From contig CAWCKY010000004.1 in NCBI GenBank assembly GCA_963796275.1, positions 1,056,001 through 1,120,000 of the forward strand: a stretch of DNA of 64,000 nucleotides, read 5' to 3'. The translations under genes and the position numbers were made by a program. The DNA is from an uncultured Acidobacteriota bacterium (lineage in GTDB: Bacteria > Acidobacteriota > Blastocatellia > RBC074). The notes below the pieces were generated by a model. That model made no database searches and was not told where the DNA came from. It saw nothing but the letters and a program-made list of their open reading frames with translations. Below are positions 46,597 through 56,354 of the stretch, piece after piece. The stretch's first letter is position 1. Every line of letters begins with the position of its first letter.

Positions 46597-47862
46597 TCAT
46601 CTCAGATGAACCCGATCAGCATTATCGGGCACCTGGTTCTGGGTATCGGACACGATAACTTTGTCGCCGACTTTCAAACCACTAAGAATTTGAATCTGTG
46701 TCGTGGAAGATTGGCCGAACATGACGGTGACTGCTTCGGCGTATTCACCGTCAGGAGTGAGCCGGAAGAGCCTGACCGAGGAGTTCTCCTGGCCGAACGC
46801 TGGGCGCTGAACCTGTATCACATTCGGCATTCTGGTGATTTCGATCTCGCCCTCGACATTGGTGTTAGGGACAGCGCCTATCGGTAAATCGCCCTCGAGG
46901 GTGACGTCGATAAGCCTCGTCCCCTCTATAACCGAGGGAGCGATGCGGCTCACGCGCCCTTTGATAATTTTTCCTAGGTGGGGATCGATAGTAGCGAACT
47001 GGCCTTCCACAATATCTCTGGCCTGTGTTTCGGTAACTCTCAGTTCGGCCTTGAGACGCTTCGGATCAGAGACCTCGGCAATGGCTTGCCCCACTGTGAT
47101 CGCCTGGCCCACCTCAACGGTCAAATTCTGAAGTATGCCGTTCATACCTGCCTTCACCTGCAGATTCGCGACCTGTCTTCTGCGTAAATCAAACACCGCA
47201 CGTTGCTGATCGAGCGTGGCCTGTGCCACGGCCATCTGAGTATTCACGGCTTCCGTGTTGATATGGATGCGCTTCCGTTCCAATTCAACACGATTTTTCA
47301 GCTCAGCCGCACTAGTCACCGCTTGTTGGAGTTCAATCGTGCCGATCAGCTTATCTTTCGCTAAAACCTCTTTGGCATCGGCGTCAAGCTGTGCATTTTT
47401 ATATTGCGCCTCTACCTGGGCGAACTGGGCCTGCTGTGTGAGCAGTTGCGCCTCGAGGTCGACTTTCCGGTTGGCGTAATCGGATTCCGCTCTTTTCAAT
47501 GCCAGCGACGCATCCTGCAGCTGCTGCTCCGCCTCGGGGCTGGTCAACGTTACGATGACTGTATCGGGCGTGACCGACTGGCCGGCTTTGACATGTCGTT
47601 CTTTCACGCGGCCGGCGGTCTCAGCCGGAATATAGTTTAGACTTTCGGGCTTGAGTATGCCGATTCCGCGGCGATTAACCACGAACTCTTCCTGCCTGAC
47701 GACGTCGATAATCTGGGTGGCGCGTTCGAGTGGCGGCGCTTGCGGCTTGAGCTTCGCCAGGTAGACGCTCACACCTCCAATTGCAGCGAGCGTCAACACC
47801 GTGTAGATAGCCCGCCGAATCCTCTTATTACGCAAGACCGATTTGCTGCGAGGTACGTCCAT
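46597..47862 (-). CDS. Efflux periplasmic adaptor (HlyD/MacA family)
   Basis: N-terminal TM, lipoyl halves flanking a long coiled coil, GLKVGDKVIV. Confidence 0.9.
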   Translation of the reverse strand: MDVPRSKSVLRNKRIRRAIYTVLTLAAIGGVSVYLAKLKPQAPPLERATQIIDVVRQEEFVVNRRGIGILKPESLNYIPAETAGRVKERHVKAGQSVTPDTVIVTLTSPEAEQQLQDASLALKRAESDYANRKVDLEAQLLTQQAQFAQVEAQYKNAQLDADAKEVLAKDKLIGTIELQQAVTSAAELKNRVELERKRIHINTEAVNTQMAVAQATLDQQRAVFDLRRRQVANLQVKAGMNGILQNLTVEVGQAITVGQAIAEVSDPKRLKAELRVTETQARDIVEGQFATIDPHLGKIIKGRVSRIAPSVIEGTRLIDVTLEGDLPIGAVPNTNVEGEIEITRMPNVIQVQRPAFGQENSSVRLFRLTPDGEYAEAVTVMFGQSSTTQIQILSGLKVGDKVIVSDTQNQVPDNADRVHLR

Positions 47863-47948
47863 AATTCCTCCGTCTCAATTCAATTTATTTTCAATATTAT
47901 TCAATATTCGATTTCAATTCGATTTCACAGTTTTCCGATAGATTGATA

Positions 47949-48077
47949 GCCAAGTTCCGTGCCAGAAATCCAGCGGAACCCTAAACTCATCAAATTGACC
48001 GGTTTAATCATTTATGCGGACGGAAAAATCATCGTCCGGGTGTTCGTTTGTGGGATAACCGATTCCCAAAAGTGAAA
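47949..48077 (-). promoter_or_regulatory. sigma54 promoter with upstream activator site
   Basis: Minus strand TGGCACGGAACTTGGC (47964-47949); site TGTTCGTTTGTGGGATAACCGATTCCCAA (48041-48069). Confidence 0.7.
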
Positions 48078-48132
48078 TTAGGTTCTCGCAGTTCCCGTGA
48101 AATAGGTTCCAATAAAATCGAAATTCTGAGGC

Positions 48133-48161
48133 TTGCCCGCGTTCATACTAAAGGCTATGCT
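48133..48161 (+). promoter_or_regulatory. Putative sigma70 promoter for the TlpA-serpin genes
   Basis: TTGCCC-17 nt-TATGCT. Confidence 0.45.
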
Positions 48162-48234
48162 AAATCACTTATAGGTTATGATTATATTCAGTGGTCCCAC
48201 TTTGACAAACATTTTTTGAAAGAAGCTTTTGAAT

Positions 48235-48849
48235 ATGAGTTCTTCCAAAACTCCGCAAAAACGCTCTCCCTGGACCTTGACGCGCATCGGTTTGATCGGT
48301 GCATCGTTATTTCTGTTAACAGCCACTCTCTCGGCTGTCTACAACAACGAAGAATCATCGACGGATGCAGGGCTATCCGGGAGAAGCGGCGATTCGAGCG
48401 TTCCCTATGAATTGTCTGCCAATGTGCTGGATACGAGCTTCAGGTTGGTCGATGGCGGATCGCGAAAAATCTCGGATTACTCCGGGAAGGTCCTGGTCGT
48501 GGATTTATGGGCCACGTGGTGCCGCCCGTGCCGCCAGGAGATCCCGCATTTGATCGAATTAGCCAACGAATATAAGAGCAAAGGCGTTGAAGTGATCGGG
48601 TTGACGACCGAAGACCCGGAGGCTGACGCGCAATTGGTCAGGGATTTCTCCCAACAATTCAAAATCAACTATCCGATCGGCTGGGCCGAGATGCCCCTGG
48701 CGGATCAACTTATGAACGGGCGCGACGGCATACCTCAAACGATCATCATCGGACGCGACGGCAAAGTGAAGCAACATTTCGTCGGGTTCAACAGAACGGT
48801 TAGCGTTCCTCAAATGAAGGCAGCGTTGGATGAAGCCGTAGCTGAATGA
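48235..48849 (+). CDS. TlpA-family thiol-disulfide oxidoreductase
   Basis: N-terminal TM; DLWATWCRPCRQEIP; GIPQT cis-Pro loop. Confidence 0.92.
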   Translation: MSSSKTPQKRSPWTLTRIGLIGASLFLLTATLSAVYNNEESSTDAGLSGRSGDSSVPYELSANVLDTSFRLVDGGSRKISDYSGKVLVVDLWATWCRPCRQEIPHLIELANEYKSKGVEVIGLTTEDPEADAQLVRDFSQQFKINYPIGWAEMPLADQLMNGRDGIPQTIIIGRDGKVKQHFVGFNRTVSVPQMKAALDEAVAE

Positions 48850-48904
48850 AACCAGTTGAACGGCTCAATACTGAAGAAGGAAACAGTTTTGCTGAGGAGG
48901 TAAA

Positions 48905-50221
48905 ATGCGAACAAGTATAATTACATTATTGCTCTTTTCAGTCAGTGGAGGACTGGCGCTCGGCTCCGCATTTTGCGACGACGCCGGATCAAACAAGGAC
49001 GCCTCGCAACCGGTACAGGCGCAACCGGCGGCGGCCGCGACGAATCCCGCTCAGAATAGCCTGTCCGCCGGAGAGGGAAAAATAGATATGAAAATCGCCG
49101 CCGCCAACAATCAATTCGGTTTCGATCTGTTCAACCAGCTCAAGCTTCGGGACAAAGACAAAAACCTCTTCTTCTCCCCGCTGAGCGTGGCCTTTGCGCT
49201 CACGATGACATACAACGGTGCAGCCGGCGTTACGAAAGAAGAGATGCAGCGCGCCCTCAAATTAAGCGGCATGAGCACGGCCGAGATCAATGAGGCGAGC
49301 GCCGCTTTGATGAAGTCGCTCAAGAGTTCCGATCCGAAGATCGAGCTGGCCATCGCCAATTCGCTCTGGGCGCGTAAGGGGGTGCAGTTCAAAGAGGATT
49401 TCCTCGCGCGCAACCGCCAATTTTTCAACGCTGAGATCGCGACCCTGGATTTCGCCGATCCGCAGACCTTGACCACGATCAATAACTGGGTGAGCAAGAA
49501 CACGCAGGATAAAATACCCTCGATCATCGACGAGATCGACGGCCAGATGGTCATGTATCTGATCAACGCCATCTATTTCAAAGGGCTCTGGTCGAAGAAA
49601 TTCGACAAGACGCTAACCAAGAACGAGCCCTTCTACCTGTCCTCAGGTTCGCAAAAACAGGTGTCGATGATGTCGCAAGCGGGCGATTATCGCTATTATC
49701 GCGGTGATAAGTTCCAGGCAGTCAGTCTGCCCTACGGCAAAGGCGGCACGGGTCTCTATCTTTTCCTGCCCGACAAAGGATCGTCGCTGGGCGATCTGTT
49801 GAATAGTTTCAGCCACGACAAATACGAGCAATGGATGAAAAGTTTCCGCAGCAATCCCGGCGACCTGAAGATCCCGCGCTTCAAGATGGAGTATGAAAGC
49901 AATCTGAATAAGATGCTCGTCGCGCTCGGCATGGGTACGGCATTCAGCGAAAGCAAGGCAGACTTCAGCGGGATGCGAGAAAAACGCGATGTCTATATTT
50001 CCGAGGTCAAACACAAAGCGATCGTCGATGTTAACGAGGAGGGAACGGAGGCCGCGGCCGCAACGTCTGTGGGCATCCGTACTACTTCCATGCGGCCTCC
50101 GCAGGAACGGTTCACTTTCATCGCAGATCACCCCTTCCTGATGATCATCCGCGATGAAACGACCGGCGCCATCCTGTTTATGGGGACATTGATCGATCCG
50201 AAATGTGAATGTGAGGGTTGA
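48905..50221 (+). CDS. Secreted serpin
   Basis: Signal peptide, FFSPLS, NAIYFKGLW, hinge EEGTEAAAAT, FIADHPFL. Confidence 0.96.
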   Translation: MRTSIITLLLFSVSGGLALGSAFCDDAGSNKDASQPVQAQPAAAATNPAQNSLSAGEGKIDMKIAAANNQFGFDLFNQLKLRDKDKNLFFSPLSVAFALTMTYNGAAGVTKEEMQRALKLSGMSTAEINEASAALMKSLKSSDPKIELAIANSLWARKGVQFKEDFLARNRQFFNAEIATLDFADPQTLTTINNWVSKNTQDKIPSIIDEIDGQMVMYLINAIYFKGLWSKKFDKTLTKNEPFYLSSGSQKQVSMMSQAGDYRYYRGDKFQAVSLPYGKGGTGLYLFLPDKGSSLGDLLNSFSHDKYEQWMKSFRSNPGDLKIPRFKMEYESNLNKMLVALGMGTAFSESKADFSGMREKRDVYISEVKHKAIVDVNEEGTEAAAATSVGIRTTSMRPPQERFTFIADHPFLMIIRDETTGAILFMGTLIDPKCECEG

Positions 50222-50310
50222 GACGTTCGATCGATGACCTCGCCTAAAATGACAGCCCGCCAGGAACAAAAACCCGGCGGGAACGGGAGATTTGAGATTT
50301 GCTGATGATT

Positions 50311-50691
50311 ATGAGGTTTCTACATAAATTATTCCCGATCTCAAATTTCAACTCGAACATCGCCCCCTCATCATCAGGCGAATCTGAGCTACCTGAAGAC
50401 GAAGACCCATTCGATGAGCCCGTCCGGCTTGAAATTCGCGATGTGATCGATCTGCACACCATCCCTCCGAAACAGGTGAAAGCCGTCTGCGAAGAGTATC
50501 TCAAGGAAGCGCGGACGAAGGGATTTCGGTTCGTGCGGATCATCCATGGCAAAGGCATCGGGGTGCAGCGTGAAATAGTGCGTAAAGTTCTCGATCGCAC
50601 GGGGTTCGTGTCGAGTTATTACGATGCGCCTCCGGAGGCGGGTGGGCTCGGGGCGACGATTGCCGAGCTTGATCTTGATAAAACTGGTTGA
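50311..50691 (+). CDS. Smr/MutS2-like small domain protein
   Basis: IDLHT..RIIHGKGIG..GGLGAT; start uncertain. Confidence 0.85.
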   Translation: MRFLHKLFPISNFNSNIAPSSSGESELPEDEDPFDEPVRLEIRDVIDLHTIPPKQVKAVCEEYLKEARTKGFRFVRIIHGKGIGVQREIVRKVLDRTGFVSSYYDAPPEAGGLGATIAELDLDKTG

Positions 50692-50754
50692 TAGGATCAC
50701 CCATTCAAATCGGAATACAAACAATCAAGCAAGAATAATAACAAGAATAATAAA

Positions 50755-52321
50755 ATGATCAATCTACCACCTTTCAAAAACGAAACATGCGCGGATTTCT
50801 CAGACGAACGAACCGCGCAGGCCATGCTCAAGGCGATCGAACACGTCGAATCACAGCTCGGGCGCGAATATCCGATAGTCATCAACGGCGAGCGCATCAA
50901 AACCGGAGAATCTGCACGATTCGACCAACCCTTCAAAATTCTCGCAAACTGTCGGCCGCGTGCATCAGGGAACGAAAGAGTTGGCCGATAAGGCGATCAT
51001 GTCCGCGTGGAAAGCCTTCGATAAGTGGAAGCGGGTTTCCGCCGAGGAGCGCGCGAACTATCTCTTCAAAGCCGCGGCTGAAATGCGCCGCCGCAAGAAT
51101 GAATTCAACGCCTGGATGGTCTATGAGGTCGGCAAGTCCTGGGCCGAAGCCGAGGCGGATACGGCCGAAGCCATCGACTTCATCGAATTCTACGCCCGGC
51201 AGGCGCTGCGCTACGATGAGGCGCAGCCGCTGACGGCATCGCCTCTGGAAGCCGAGGTAAATGAGCTTAAATACATTCCCCTTGGCGTCGGCATCGTGAT
51301 ACCGCCGTGGAATTTTCCGCTGGCGATAATGGCCGGCATGTCGGCGGCGGCGGTGGTGACTGGCAATACTGTAGTTATAAAGCCTTCCCACGACAGCCCC
51401 GTGATCGCCGCGCAATTCGTCGAGTTGATGGAGCAGATCGGGCTTCCGCCCGGCGTGATCAACTTTCTGCCGGGAGACGGCAAAACAGTCGGCGAATATA
51501 TGGTCGAGCATCCGCAGACCCGCTTCATCTCGTTCACCGGGTCGATGGCCGTCGGGTTGCGCATCAATGAACTCGCGGCCAAACCGCGTGAGGGCCAGAT
51601 ATGGATCAAGCGCGTGGTGGCCGAGATGGGAGGCAAAGATACCATCATCGTCGACGAGACCGCCGACATCGACGAGGCGGCCGCGGGCATCGTGGCAGCA
51701 GCCTTCGGCTACTCGGGACAGAAATGTTCGGCCTGCTCGCGCGCGGTGATCGTCGAATCGGTTTATCAGCAGGTTCTCGAAAAGGTGGCCGAGCGGGCGA
51801 AGAAGCTATCGGTGGGGCCGGTAAAGGACGTCGCGAACTTCACCGGTCCGGTATCCAGCAAGCGGGCGTTCGAGAAGATCAACAAGTATATCGAGATCGG
51901 GCGGGAGGAAGGCCGCCTCATCGCCGGAGGCGGCAAGCACGAACTCGCCGCGGAAGGCTATTTCATCACTCCGACGATCATCGCGGATGTCGATCCGAAA
52001 GCGCGGGTGGCGCAGGAAGAAATTTTCGGACCGGTGCTCGCCTGCATCAAAGCGAAAGATTTCGGCGATGCGCTGGCGATAGCCAACAACACGATTTACG
52101 GGCTGACCGGGGCCTTCTATTCGCGCAACCGCGAACGGATCGAGCGAGTTAAAAGCGACTTCCACGTCGGCAACCTATACATCAATCGCAAATGCACGGG
52201 CGCTCTCGTCGATGTTCATCCGTTCGGCGGATTCAATATGTCGGGAACTGATTCGAAGGCCGGAGGGCGCGATTATCTGGGATTGTTTCTGCAGGCGAAA
52301 TCAATGGCTGAGAAATTGTAA
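50755..52321 (+). CDS. pruA: L-glutamate gamma-semialdehyde (P5C) dehydrogenase, RocA/PruA type; frameshift near 50910
   Basis: LPPFKNE start, PWNFP, FTGS, EMGGKD, GQKCSAC, EEIFGP, PFGGFNMSGT. Confidence 0.9.
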
Positions 52322-52405
52322 AATGAAAATACCTGGGAGCGCGTTTCACGTGCACGATCTGAAATAAGCGAGGGCTGCGCGCCCAGTAATTTCCAGAGGA
52401 CGAAT

Positions 52406-53473
52406 ATGATAAAACGAATATATACTTTGCTGATCGCCGGCGCGGCGTTACTTATTACGCTCAACGCTCAAACAACCACGATTGCAAGTTCCGCGCTTGC
52501 AGTCGGTACGCCGGCGCCCGACTTTACTCTCCCAGACCTCAAAGGCCAGAACCACACGCTCAAAGACTACCGCGGCAAGATCGTGGCTCTCGGGTTCATC
52601 TCGACTAATTGTCCGATCTCGAATGACTACAATGCCCGCATGCGCGCGATCGCTGAAGACTACGATAAACAGAACGTGGTATTTCTGGGCATCAACTCGA
52701 ACTACAATGAGCCCCCGGCGGCAATCAAGACTCACGCGGCCAAAAACAACCTGACTTTCCCGATTCTCAAAGACGAAGGCAATAAGATTGCCGACGCGTA
52801 TAGCGCGCAGCGCACGCCCGAGATTTTCCTGATCGATACAGAGGGGGTGCTGCGTTATCACGGGCGCATTGATAACTCGCGGGAAGTGCGGCGAGTCAAT
52901 CGCCAGGATCTGCGCACAGCCCTGAATGAACTGATCGAAGGCAAGGCCGTAAGCGTCACCGAAGGGAAAGCCTTCGGCTGCCCGATCAAAAGATCGCAGG
53001 GCGCGCAAAAGATTAAAGCCGTTGGGACCAGGACGAAGGTCGCCGAACCTAAAGTGACAACTCTCAAACCCGCCGATTTCAACAAATACAAAGACGCGGC
53101 GAAGGGGAAAGTTTTAGTGGTCAATTTCTGGGCGACCTGGTGCGGTCCCTGTGTAGCCGAGTTTCCGGAACTTATCGCGATCGACGCCAAATATCGCGAC
53201 AAAGGCGTGAAGATGGCCGGCATCAGCGTCGATGAGGTCGCCGAAATAAAGAGCAAGGTTGTTCCGTTTATCAAGGAGCAGAAGGCGGCGTTCGACATCC
53301 TCGTCCAGGATTCCAGTGATCCAGAGGAGATAATAAATCTCATCGATAAGAACTGGCAGGGGACGCTGCCGACGACGTTCGTCTTCGACAAACAGGGCGC
53401 CATCGCCTACACAGTTTACGGCATTCTCGATCGCGAATTGCTGGTTGAGGCGATCGAGAAGGCATTGAAGTAA
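52406..53473 (+). CDS. Exported two-domain redoxin (peroxiredoxin-like + TlpA-like)
   Basis: Domain 1 TNCP..RTPE..YHGRID..FGCPI; domain 2 FWATWCGPC. Confidence 0.85.
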   Translation: MIKRIYTLLIAGAALLITLNAQTTTIASSALAVGTPAPDFTLPDLKGQNHTLKDYRGKIVALGFISTNCPISNDYNARMRAIAEDYDKQNVVFLGINSNYNEPPAAIKTHAAKNNLTFPILKDEGNKIADAYSAQRTPEIFLIDTEGVLRYHGRIDNSREVRRVNRQDLRTALNELIEGKAVSVTEGKAFGCPIKRSQGAQKIKAVGTRTKVAEPKVTTLKPADFNKYKDAAKGKVLVVNFWATWCGPCVAEFPELIAIDAKYRDKGVKMAGISVDEVAEIKSKVVPFIKEQKAAFDILVQDSSDPEEIINLIDKNWQGTLPTTFVFDKQGAIAYTVYGILDRELLVEAIEKALK

Positions 53474-53666
53474 ATCAATTTGTATCCGCTCAGGCCGCTG
53501 ATGGTCTTTGAAAAATAATCTTACTTCCCGCTTCACCGCCCCTGTCTCAGGTTGAATTTAGCACGGCCAATGGTGGCCGCAGGCGAGATTGTCAGGTTAT
53601 TTATTCGACGACCATAATCGGGTTGAGGGGCAGAAAGAAACATCAAATCGCAGGAGACAATTCTTC

Positions 53667-54899
53667 GTGGCAATTGTTAAGGCTTTTCGCGCTCTAAGGC
53701 CGCTACCCGAACAAGCCGCTGCTGTCGCAAGCGTACCTTACGATGTCGTAAACACCGAAGAAGCGCGCGCGCTGGCGGGCGACAACCCGCTGAGCTTCCT
53801 GCGCGCCTCACGGCCCGAAATAGAAATGCCCGACGGGACCGATCCTTATTCTGACGAGGTCTATCGACGGGCGGCATCCAATTTTGATCGCCTTATCGCT
53901 TCAGCCCCGCTCATCATCGAAGACGACCCGCGTCTCTATCTTTATCGCCTGCGATTGGGTGACCAGGAGCAGACCGGACTGGTCGCCTGCTGCTCCATCG
54001 ATGAATACGATAACGACATCATCCTCAAACACGAACGCACGAGGCGCGACAAAGAGGACGATCGTACGCGCCACATGCTCACGCTGCGCGCGCAGACCGG
54101 CCCTGTCTTCATGACCTATCGCCCGTCAAAAACCATAAATGAGCTGATCAGTAAGCTCACGCTCGCCGCGCCGCTCTTCGATTTCAACGCGCCTGATGGC
54201 ATTGCGCACACGATTTGGCGTGTGCCCGGGGATGCGAACGAAGCTTTGATCGAAGCCTTCAAGCATGTGCCGCAGTTTTATATCGCCGATGGGCATCATC
54301 GCGCGAAGAGCGCCAGCCGTGCGCGCGAGACTTTGCGCGCGGAAAACCCGCAGCATAACGGGCAAGAGGAGTATAATTTTTTCGAATGTGTGCTCTTCCC
54401 CGCCGATCAGGTGCATATTCTTCCTTATAACCGGGTCATCAAAGACCTCAATCATCACACCCCAGAAGAATTTTTGAGCGAGATCCGCCGCGAGTTCGAA
54501 CTGACGGAAAATGCCGGCTCGCAACCGAAAACCCGCGGGGCATTTTCGATGTATCTCAACGGCCGCTGGTACGGGCTGGCGGTCAAGCATGATGTCACGA
54601 AGCCACTCAAGGTCGGCGATCGCCTCGACGTCAGCGTCTTGCAGAACCAGTTGCTGGCGCCCGTGCTCGGAATTCAGGATCAGCGCACCGATAAACGGCT
54701 AGATTTCATCGGAGGCATGCGCGGCACGCGCGAACTCGAGCGGCTGGTCGACCAGGGATATGCGGCGGTCGCATTCTCACTCTATCCTGTCACGGTCGAC
54801 GACCTGATGATGATATCCGATGCCGGCGAGATCATGCCGCCGAAATCGACATGGTTCGAGCCGAAATTGAGAGACGGATTGCTGAGTCATCTTATATGA
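53667..54899 (+). CDS. DUF1015 family protein
   Basis: PYDV, HERT, YIADGHHR, MPPKSTWFEPKL; GTG start after AGGAG; upstream of serA-serC. Confidence 0.9.
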   Translation: MAIVKAFRALRPLPEQAAAVASVPYDVVNTEEARALAGDNPLSFLRASRPEIEMPDGTDPYSDEVYRRAASNFDRLIASAPLIIEDDPRLYLYRLRLGDQEQTGLVACCSIDEYDNDIILKHERTRRDKEDDRTRHMLTLRAQTGPVFMTYRPSKTINELISKLTLAAPLFDFNAPDGIAHTIWRVPGDANEALIEAFKHVPQFYIADGHHRAKSASRARETLRAENPQHNGQEEYNFFECVLFPADQVHILPYNRVIKDLNHHTPEEFLSEIRREFELTENAGSQPKTRGAFSMYLNGRWYGLAVKHDVTKPLKVGDRLDVSVLQNQLLAPVLGIQDQRTDKRLDFIGGMRGTRELERLVDQGYAAVAFSLYPVTVDDLMMISDAGEIMPPKSTWFEPKLRDGLLSHLI

Positions 54900-55042
54900 G
54901 GCCTGTGCAAATTAAGTTGGTTATTATCAAGCTCCTGATGGGCTCGGGAATAGTTCTATAGATATCCCGCGCCTTGGCGCTCAGGACCGATAACGTTGAT
55001 CTCAATGACCTTTTATTTGCATACTCTTCATCTTATTTAGGT

Positions 55043-55121
55043 GGATGCGAAAAAGGCGAAGAAGGGCAAAAAAGACAAGAAGCCTGCCTTTTTTGCCTTT
55101 TTTTACTTTTTTTACTGCCCC
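55043..55121. repeat. 9-mer-type inverted repeat element
   Basis: GCGAAAAAG GCGAAGAAG GGCAAAAAA / TTGCCTTTT TTTACTTTT TTTACTGCC. Confidence 0.7.
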
Positions 55122-55133
55122 ACGACTTTCGCT

Positions 55134-56354
55134 ATGAAAGTTCTGATAGCCGACAAATTCGAGGAGAATGGAATCAACGGCCTGAAAATGATCGGCTGCG
55201 AGGTCATCTATAACGCCGATCTGAAGGACGAAGCGCTCGTCCACGCGATACGCGCTGCGCAAGCGGACGTGCTCATCGTGCGGTCAACCAGGGTGACGGA
55301 GGCGATGTTCGATGCGGGAGGTCTCAGTCTCGTCGTGCGGGCCGGAGCGGGTTTCAACACAATTGACGTCGACGCCGCTTCCGCGCGCGGCGTCTTTGTC
55401 TCTAACTGTCCCGGTAAAAATTCTATTGCCGTCGCCGAACTGGCGTTCGGTTTAATCCTGGCCCTCGACCGCCGCATCCCTGACAACGTTGCAGAACTAC
55501 GAGCCGGCAAATGGAACAAGAAAGAGTTCAGCAAGGCGCCGGGGCTATACGGGCGCACGCTCGGGCTGATCGGCCTCGGCCGGATAGGCCGTGAAATGGT
55601 GCAGCGCGCTAAGGCGTTCGGTATGAATGTGACGGGCTGGAGCCGCAATCTGACGCCGGATTCGGCGGCCGGAATGGGAATCGTTTTCCGACCGTCGATC
55701 ATCGAAGTGTTTCGCGATTGTGACATCGTCAGTCTTCATCTGGCTCTCACACCCGAAACTCGCGGGATAATCAATGCCGATATCTTCCATAATATGCGGC
55801 CGGGCGCTTACCTCATCAACACTTCGCGCGCTGAAATCGTCGATCAATCGGCGCTGGCGCAAGCAATCAAGGAGAAAGGTATAAGGGCAGGGCTCGATGT
55901 TTTCGCCGGCGAACCTTCCGGCGCCACGGGCGAGTTCGGCGATAGCATCATTCAGCTTCCCGATGTCTATGGCACGCATCACATCGGCGCCTCAACCGAT
56001 CAGGCCCAGGAAGCCATAGCCGCCGAGACCGTCCGCATCATCCGGACATACAAAGAGACGGGAAAAGTGCCCAACGTCGTCAACCTCTCCGAACGCACGC
56101 CGGCAACCCACCTGCTCGTCGTTCGCCATCGCGATCGTCCCGGCGTACTGGCTCACGTCTTCAATGAGATCAAGGCAGCCCAAATAAACGTGCAAGAAAT
56201 GGAGAACATCGTTTTCGAAGGCGCCGAGGCCGCCATCGCACGAATCGGCCTCGATGCGCCGCTCGCCGCCGAATCACTATCCCGCATTCGCGATAGCAAT
56301 AGCGACATCATAGAGATCAACTTAATAAAATTGAATACAGAGGTATCGATATAA
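55134..56354 (+). CDS. serA: D-3-phosphoglycerate dehydrogenase with ACT domain
   Basis: RAGAGFN, GLIGLGRIG, NTSR, HIGAST, C-terminal HRDRPGVL ACT. Confidence 0.9.
   Translation: MKVLIADKFEENGINGLKMIGCEVIYNADLKDEALVHAIRAAQADVLIVRSTRVTEAMFDAGGLSLVVRAGAGFNTIDVDAASARGVFVSNCPGKNSIAVAELAFGLILALDRRIPDNVAELRAGKWNKKEFSKAPGLYGRTLGLIGLGRIGREMVQRAKAFGMNVTGWSRNLTPDSAAGMGIVFRPSIIEVFRDCDIVSLHLALTPETRGIINADIFHNMRPGAYLINTSRAEIVDQSALAQAIKEKGIRAGLDVFAGEPSGATGEFGDSIIQLPDVYGTHHIGASTDQAQEAIAAETVRIIRTYKETGKVPNVVNLSERTPATHLLVVRHRDRPGVLAHVFNEIKAAQINVQEMENIVFEGAEAAIARIGLDAPLAAESLSRIRDSNSDIIEINLIKLNTEVSI

Noticed and set aside
53474-53666. Riboswitch (glycine/ZTP-like) before DUF1015-serA-serC
   Set aside because: Some pairing potential but no recognisable consensus; an Rfam/Infernal scan would be needed
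55041-55133. Lys/Phe-rich N-terminal extension of SerA
   Set aside because: Translation of the 9-mer inverted repeat; homology starts at MKVLIAD
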